Origin: an uncultured Acidiferrobacteraceae bacterium
Lineage (GTDB): Bacteria; Pseudomonadota; Gammaproteobacteria; Arenicellales; UBA868
Length of the DNA stretch: 64,000 nucleotides
Assembly (NCBI GenBank): GCA_964343365.1
Contig: CAYFJI010000001.1
Span: 31,102-95,101, forward strand
Direction of reading: 5' to 3'
Part shown: positions 59,055-64,000 of the stretch, in pieces
Numbering within the stretch: position 1 is the first letter of the stretch
How the letters are laid out: every line of letters begins with the position of its first letter
Notes under the pieces: generated by a model
What the model was told of the DNA's origin: nothing
The model's input: the letters and a program-made list of their open reading frames with translations, nothing else
Database searches by the model: none
Made by a program: the position numbers and the translations under genes

Positions 59055-59124
59055 TTATCTGATAGCCACAAAATGATCTCCACAGATGAATTTTTTTGCA
59101 AATAACCCTACCTAGGTTTTTAAG

Positions 59125-60168
59125 ATGAGCAATTATGCCCTTGAAAAAAGTTTTCTCTATTTCGGGGAAATTTTTAAAAAGAATAATCTCTTCAAGGCGT
59201 GGAAGGGCAGAGCTGCAATACTCTGTTATCATCGAGTATTACCTAATCTAAGTGCTTTGCCGATTGATAGTCCATTTCTCGGTCATGCAGTTTCAACAGG
59301 AAGATTTGAGGAACAAATTAAATATTTGTCAGAAAACTATAAGGTTGTTTCTTTGGATGAGGTTGGAAAGAGTATCGACCAATCGAAAGAAGAATTTTTA
59401 GTGGCTGTAACATTCGACGATGGATATAAAGATAATCTTGTTCATGCATTACCAATACTTGAAAAATTTAAGATTCCCGCTACGATATTTGTTACAACTA
59501 TGTACCCAGATGGTAATGAATGGATCTGGTGGATGGAACTTTGGGAAACATTGGAAGATAGGCAATCTTTAAGTGTTAATTTTTTTGATAAACACGAGGA
59601 GTGGAAATTTCGTACTAGTTTGGATCGGAAAAAATGCTATTCGAAACTACGAAACAGTTTTATTAGGCTAGATTATGATACTCGAGTTGCTTTCATGCAA
59701 GAAATTACTGGGAACATGAAGCGTCCTCAATATTCTGGTAACGTATTAACGTGGGAAGATATAAGATCCCTCAGTACACATCAGCTGATTGAGATTGGGG
59801 CACATACGCATACACATCCTAGTCTAGCATCATTGTCTTACGATGGTGCTCGGGAAGAAATTTTCCTTAGCAAGGAAAAATTGGAGAGACAATTAAACTG
59901 CTCAATAAAGCATTTCGCATATCCGTTTGGAGGAACACAGGAAGTGGGGCATCGAGAGTATAAATTGGCAAAAGAGGCGGGTTTCGAGACCGCTAGTATT
60001 ACTACACCCAGAGGTGTTCATCGCCAGAGCAGATGGGAGCTACCTAGATTTGTGATGTCTGAAAAGCACACATCTAGTTATCTAGAACTGAGATTGTCGG
60101 GATATGAATCCTTTTGCAGAGCTCTTGCTAATAATATAGATTATCGTCGACTACTAGTTTGGGGTTAA
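59125..60168 (+). CDS. Polysaccharide deacetylase (NodB-homology domain) protein
   Basis: TFDDGYKDN (motif 1) and HTHTHP (His motif). 347 aa. Confidence 0.8.
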   Translation: MSNYALEKSFLYFGEIFKKNNLFKAWKGRAAILCYHRVLPNLSALPIDSPFLGHAVSTGRFEEQIKYLSENYKVVSLDEVGKSIDQSKEEFLVAVTFDDGYKDNLVHALPILEKFKIPATIFVTTMYPDGNEWIWWMELWETLEDRQSLSVNFFDKHEEWKFRTSLDRKKCYSKLRNSFIRLDYDTRVAFMQEITGNMKRPQYSGNVLTWEDIRSLSTHQLIEIGAHTHTHPSLASLSYDGAREEIFLSKEKLERQLNCSIKHFAYPFGGTQEVGHREYKLAKEAGFETASITTPRGVHRQSRWELPRFVMSEKHTSSYLELRLSGYESFCRALANNIDYRRLLVWG

Positions 60169-60253
60169 CTTTATCGGCATGCAATTAAATATATGGCGCA
60201 GATATTTAGGATGGTATAACGTTGAATAAACTGGTCGAGGGCTGAATTGTTAG

Positions 60254-61279
60254 ATGATTACATATTTAATAACAGGTTCATGTGGGACAATTGGATCAGC
60301 GCTAGTAAAAAAATTTGCAAGTGATGGTTCAGACTGTCTTATACGTTGTTTCGATAACAGTGAAAGCCTGTTACATTTCCAGCAAAGGACATACAAGGAT
60401 AATCCAAAAGTAGAAACATATATTGGTGATATTAGAGATTTTGATCGTTTGACCAATGTTATGCATGGAGTAGACATCGTTCTTCATACGGCTGCACTGA
60501 AGCATGTTGGAATATGTGAGTATTCCCCCATGGAAGCAGTTCAAACAAATATTTTGGGTTTAAATAATGTAATCAAGTCTGCTTCCGAAGCTGAAGCCGA
60601 TAAATTTGTTTTTATGAGCTCGGATAAAGCAGTCAATCCAACAAATGTTTTAGGTACAACAAAATTAATGGGAGAACGATTAGTCACAGCAGCGAATCTT
60701 AATAAAGGAATAAATCACACTAAATTTTTTTCCCTTCGGTTTGGTAATGTTCTAGGTTCAAATGGTTCTGTAGTTCCAGTTTTTGAAGAGCAAATAATGC
60801 AAGGCGGGCCTTTAACATTAACCGATCGAAATATGACACGTTTCATTATGAGTGTTAATGACACAGTTCAGCTTGTTGAAAGATCGCTTGGTTTTGCAAA
60901 AGGTGGCGAAGTATTTGTAACAAAAATGCCAGCAATAAGAATCGAGAGCCTCGCTGAGGCGATGGTAAATCACCTAAACCAAGAATTACCACAATATACA
61001 GGAGCTATTGAGATAAAAGAGATTGGAAAGCAGAGTGGAGAAAAATTATTTGAAGAGCTTATGACCGAAGAGGAGTCAAAAAGGGCAATTGAAACTGAAG
61101 AATTTTTTATGATACTTCCAGCATTTCATGAATATTATTCTGAAACAATCTCTGAGTATGAACATGTTGATATGAAATTGAATATTGGATCTTATGTCTC
61201 CGAAAATGGTCCCTACTTAACTGAGGAAGAATTAATTGCTTTTTTATCGGAGAATGATGTGTTTAGGGCACAAAAATAA
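60254..61279 (+). CDS. CapD/PglF/WbpM-type nucleotide-sugar 4,6-dehydratase (soluble form)
   Basis: TGSCGTIGS Rossmann motif and SSDKAVNPTNVLGTTKL. This is the S/T-D-K catalytic block with a non-Tyr residue before G.TK, as in PglF/WbpM rather than PseB. Confidence 0.78.
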   Translation: MITYLITGSCGTIGSALVKKFASDGSDCLIRCFDNSESLLHFQQRTYKDNPKVETYIGDIRDFDRLTNVMHGVDIVLHTAALKHVGICEYSPMEAVQTNILGLNNVIKSASEAEADKFVFMSSDKAVNPTNVLGTTKLMGERLVTAANLNKGINHTKFFSLRFGNVLGSNGSVVPVFEEQIMQGGPLTLTDRNMTRFIMSVNDTVQLVERSLGFAKGGEVFVTKMPAIRIESLAEAMVNHLNQELPQYTGAIEIKEIGKQSGEKLFEELMTEEESKRAIETEEFFMILPAFHEYYSETISEYEHVDMKLNIGSYVSENGPYLTEEELIAFLSENDVFRAQK

Positions 61280-61330
61280 ATTCTTATTTTCTAAGAATGA
61301 AGAAGTTCGGCGAATAGTTCTAGCAAAAAA

Positions 61331-62518
61331 ATGTCACAAATACTAGTTTTAGGTGGAGATGGTTATTTGGGGTGGCCGACAGCGCTATATTTTTCAAGTC
61401 AAGGTCATGATGTAACAGTTGTTGACAATTATCTTCGGAGAACTCTCTCAAAGAAATTGAATTTGTCTAGTTTATTTCCTGTCCAATCTTTGGAAGCAAG
61501 GGCTGAACTATGGATGTCGGAAACAGGGAAAAAGATAAAAGTTGTTATTGGCGACTTAAGTAACGCAGATATAATGCGCTCACTTTTTGATGGTGGCGCA
61601 ACATATACCTGGCCAAACGATGCAAAATTTTCTGGGCCTCCAGAGACAATCATACATTTTGCAGAGCAGCCATCGGCCCCTTTTTCTATGATTGATTATG
61701 AAAGTGCAAACAAGACGATCCAAAATAATTTACTTGTAACCAATAACTTAATGTACGCAGTTAGAGATTATTCTAGAGAATCGCATATCATAAAGATTGG
61801 AACTATGGGAGAGTATGGAACGCCCAATATAGACATCGAAGAGGGTTGGATAGAAATAGAGCACAAAAATAGAAAAGATACTTTTCTGTTTCCACGGCAA
61901 GGGTCGTCGATCTACCATACCACAAAAATCATGGATACAGATCTATTGTGGTTAGGTGTGAGGATGTGGGGCCTTAGAATTACTGACCTTATGCAAGGCC
62001 CAGTTTACGGGATCAATACAGAAGAGATGTCACAAAACAAAGAACTAAGAAGTCACTTTAACTATGACTATGTTTTTGGGACCGTAATCAACAGATTTAT
62101 TTCACAAGCTATTTGTGAGCATCCATTAACTGTCTACGGTAGTGGGAATCAAGTACGAGGATATTTAAATATTAAAGATACTATTCAATGTTTGTCATTG
62201 GCGGAGAAAGAACCTGCAAAATCTGGAGAACTAAGGGTATTCAACCAGATTGTAGAAACCTTTAGTGTTAATCAGCTTGCTAAGTTAGTGCAGGAAGCGG
62301 GGAGGGAGCTTGGTTTTACTCCTGAAATCAAACATATGCAAAACCCCAGAAAAGAATCAGAATTACACTATTACAATCCAACATACACTGGGTTAAAAAG
62401 CTTAGGGTTAAAGCCAAATTATTTAACAATAGAGTCTTTGATTGATATTTACCAACTTGTTGGTGAGTATAAAGAAAATATAGAGAAGGATGTAATGGTT
62501 ATGCGATTAGATTGGTAA
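61331..62518 (+). CDS. sqdB: UDP-sulfoquinovose synthase homologue
   Basis: Near-continuous collinearity with plant SQD1 / bacterial SqdB as I recall them: GGDGYLGWPTAL, DNYLRR, HFAEQPSAPFSM, KIGTMGEYGTPNIDIEEG, YHTTKIMD, LNRF-like INRF, PLTVYGSGNQVRGYLNIKDT, FRVFNQ..ETFSVN, HYYN. Confidence 0.8.
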   Translation: MSQILVLGGDGYLGWPTALYFSSQGHDVTVVDNYLRRTLSKKLNLSSLFPVQSLEARAELWMSETGKKIKVVIGDLSNADIMRSLFDGGATYTWPNDAKFSGPPETIIHFAEQPSAPFSMIDYESANKTIQNNLLVTNNLMYAVRDYSRESHIIKIGTMGEYGTPNIDIEEGWIEIEHKNRKDTFLFPRQGSSIYHTTKIMDTDLLWLGVRMWGLRITDLMQGPVYGINTEEMSQNKELRSHFNYDYVFGTVINRFISQAICEHPLTVYGSGNQVRGYLNIKDTIQCLSLAEKEPAKSGELRVFNQIVETFSVNQLAKLVQEAGRELGFTPEIKHMQNPRKESELHYYNPTYTGLKSLGLKPNYLTIESLIDIYQLVGEYKENIEKDVMVMRLDW

Positions 62519-62573
62519 AGTAATAAACTTAATTCTAAATTCCATATTGCATAAGGTTAAATCCATTTAAGAT

Positions 62574-63743
62574 ATGACTACTTCACTTAGAACCTTTATT
62601 CGGGTTGCAAACGTTATAGAGGAAGCAAAGTTAGGAGGACCTCAAGTTCGAATAGTTCGAATTGCGGAGAATTTATCTGAACAAGTAGAGACTACAGTGA
62701 TAATGCCTCGCTCAAATTCTCGTGATTTCAAGGCATTACTTAGAAAAAAAAATATTAGATTTCATCTAATTTATCTAACTCGGATAACTAGAGAACCCTT
62801 TGTCGCGCTACAGTATGTTTTTTGTTTTTTGTTCGAAATATTATCTCTTTATCTTCTTTTAAAGAAAGAGAAATTTGATATTGTACATGTTAGTGGTGGC
62901 GCTTGGCAGTATAAAGGGATTATCGCTGGTAAGTTAGCTGGATCAAAGGTTTTGTGGCATCTTAATGATACAAGTTTGCCAAGTATTTTTAGGTATATAT
63001 TTAGACAGCTAAGTTTTATACCGGACTACTATGTTTTTGCGTCAGCTAAAACAAAGTCTTATTATCTGCCCTTAATTAAATCGCCGCACATACCAACAGG
63101 TTTGGTTAGGCAACCTGTCGACACCAAGGAGTTTTACCCAGACGCTATAATTCGATCCCGTAGAGGGAAAAGTGAGTTATCTGATAATACAATTACAATA
63201 GGAACGGTAGCAAATATAAATCCAGAGAAAGGATTAGAATTATTTATCTTGGTTGCAAGCAAACTAAATAGATTATTTAATAATCTGCGATTTATAGTTG
63301 CTGGACCAGTACACAAAACACAAAAAAAATATTTTCATGGATTATTGAAATATGCTGAGGAGTTACGAGTAAAGAATATTTATTTTTTAGGAAAAAGTTT
63401 GAATGTGCGTCAAACCTTATTAACTTATGATGTTTTTTTATGTACCTCGCTAAATGAGTCAGGGCCATTAACTTTATGGGAAGCAATGAGTATGGAGAAA
63501 GCCATAGTCACCACAGATGTAGGTGATGTCAGAGAGCATTTGTCTTGTGGCATATCTGGCGATGTTGTCAAGGTTGGAGATGCATCAGCTATGATAAATC
63601 GAACTGTAAAGTTGATTGAGGATAGATCAAGACGAGAAAAATATGGTGTTGCAGCGCGTAAAGTTGCTATAGACACCTTTGACACTAATATATGCGCTGA
63701 AAGCCAGCTAGACATATATCGTGAATTGACTGAATTTGATTAG
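62574..63743 (+). CDS. Family 4 (GT-B, group 1) glycosyltransferase
   Basis: The C-terminal half has the typical GT4 block (FLCTSLNESGPLTLWEAMSMEKAIVTTDVGDV). 389 aa. Confidence 0.8.
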   Translation: MTTSLRTFIRVANVIEEAKLGGPQVRIVRIAENLSEQVETTVIMPRSNSRDFKALLRKKNIRFHLIYLTRITREPFVALQYVFCFLFEILSLYLLLKKEKFDIVHVSGGAWQYKGIIAGKLAGSKVLWHLNDTSLPSIFRYIFRQLSFIPDYYVFASAKTKSYYLPLIKSPHIPTGLVRQPVDTKEFYPDAIIRSRRGKSELSDNTITIGTVANINPEKGLELFILVASKLNRLFNNLRFIVAGPVHKTQKKYFHGLLKYAEELRVKNIYFLGKSLNVRQTLLTYDVFLCTSLNESGPLTLWEAMSMEKAIVTTDVGDVREHLSCGISGDVVKVGDASAMINRTVKLIEDRSRREKYGVAARKVAIDTFDTNICAESQLDIYRELTEFD

Positions 63744-63884
63744 CATTCTTAAATATATATTTGAATATTTTTTTAAGCCAAATAATGAAGGTAATTTTTC
63801 GTCTAAAGTCGTTACAATTAAATTGAGGTTTATTGTATGAAATTTTTTGAGTACTCTGAGCTTAGAATTTAGAAAGATAAAGAT

Positions 63885-64000
63885 ATGAAAGTTCTTACTC
63901 AGAACTACAAAACTGGCCAACTAGAATTGACAGATGTGCCAATTCCAAATGTTAAGCAAGATCACTTAGTGGTTAGGACGACCGCGTCAGCTGTCAGCAT
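63885..64000 (+). CDS. Oxidoreductase, N-terminus only (MDR/alcohol-dehydrogenase-like start of a bi-domain oxidoreductase); runs off the window
   Basis: MKVLTQNYKTGQLELTDVPIPNVKQDHLVVRTTASAVS resembles the conserved N-terminus of the bi-domain oxidoreductases common in O-antigen/capsule loci. Only 38 codons are visible. Confidence 0.45.
   Translation, partial: MKVLTQNYKTGQLELTDVPIPNVKQDHLVVRTTASAVS

Noticed and set aside
46899-60168. A Nod-factor-like toolkit: NodU-like carbamoyltransferase, NodS-like methyltransferase, ABC exporter, GT2, NodB-homology deacetylase, plus a NodH-like sulfotransferase in island 1.
   Set aside because: The GT2 is a short soluble enzyme (264 aa, no TM helices), unlike the processive membrane synthase NodC. 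The deacetylase is a 347-aa general polysaccharide-deacetylase type. The resemblance is at superfamily level only.
1-64000. A search by eye for tRNA/tmRNA/RNase P/SRP signatures, CRISPR repeats, IS inverted repeats, integrases or phage genes at the island borders.
   Set aside because: I found none: no GGTTCGAATCC-type T-arm in a cloverleaf context, no regularly spaced repeats, and no transposase/integrase-like ORFs. A covariance-model scan (tRNAscan-SE/Infernal) would be the decisive check, which I cannot run.

Overview
This 64-kb chromosomal segment reads like a streamlined, AT-rich, marine-type gammaproteobacterium. That is inferred from rhlB-trxA-rho and argS-SPOR synteny and from base composition judged by eye; nothing was computed. 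I can support about 54 protein-coding genes, mostly separated by under 100 bp or overlapping by 1-8 nt. I recognise no rRNA, tRNA, CRISPR array, transposase, integrase or phage gene. Layout: (i) 1-16.7 kb is housekeeping: lysA (5' truncated), a GT-C-like membrane protein, rhlB, trxA, rho, rpmE, SCO1, prmB, rubredoxin, csp, nudC, argS, a SPOR protein, a TPP enzyme, a 2OG-dioxygenase-like protein and a MatB-like ligase. (ii) 17-27.1 kb holds phhB, a WYL-domain regulator, and translationally coupled recC-recB-recD. (iii) 27.1-37.1 kb is accessory island 1, all on the minus strand: sulfotransferase-like protein, LhgO-like flavoenzyme, HisC-like aminotransferase, methyltransferase, an orphan 496-aa protein, NeuA-like cytidylyltransferase, a B12-binding radical SAM enzyme, a DMT transporter and a Gfo/Idh/MocA oxidoreductase. 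(iv) 37.2-46.6 kb is core: DUF1244, a divergent IMPDH-family paralogue, an SDR, dsbC, a TlpA-like protein, ccmG/dsbE, hisG and priA. It includes two conspicuous ~0.7-kb non-coding gaps, one carrying a DnaA-box cluster upstream of priA. (v) 46.9 to beyond 64 kb is accessory island 2, a surface-glycan locus: NodU/CmcH carbamoyltransferase, methyltransferase, fused ABC exporter, an orphan 464-aa protein, a small radical SAM/SPASM-like enzyme, a split heparinase II/III-like gene, AsnB-type amidotransferase, GT2, deacetylase, CapD/PglF-like dehydratase, a clear UDP-sulfoquinovose synthase homologue (sqdB), GT4 and the start of an oxidoreductase. The best candidates for undescribed biology are island 1 (an unassigned CMP/CDP-activated, aminated, methylated and possibly sulfated headgroup pathway built around a cytidylyltransferase / B12-radical-SAM pair), the sulfoquinovose module in island 2, and the WYL regulator directly upstream of recCBD. 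All functional calls rest on motifs I can read in the translations and on remembered family knowledge. No database search was run.
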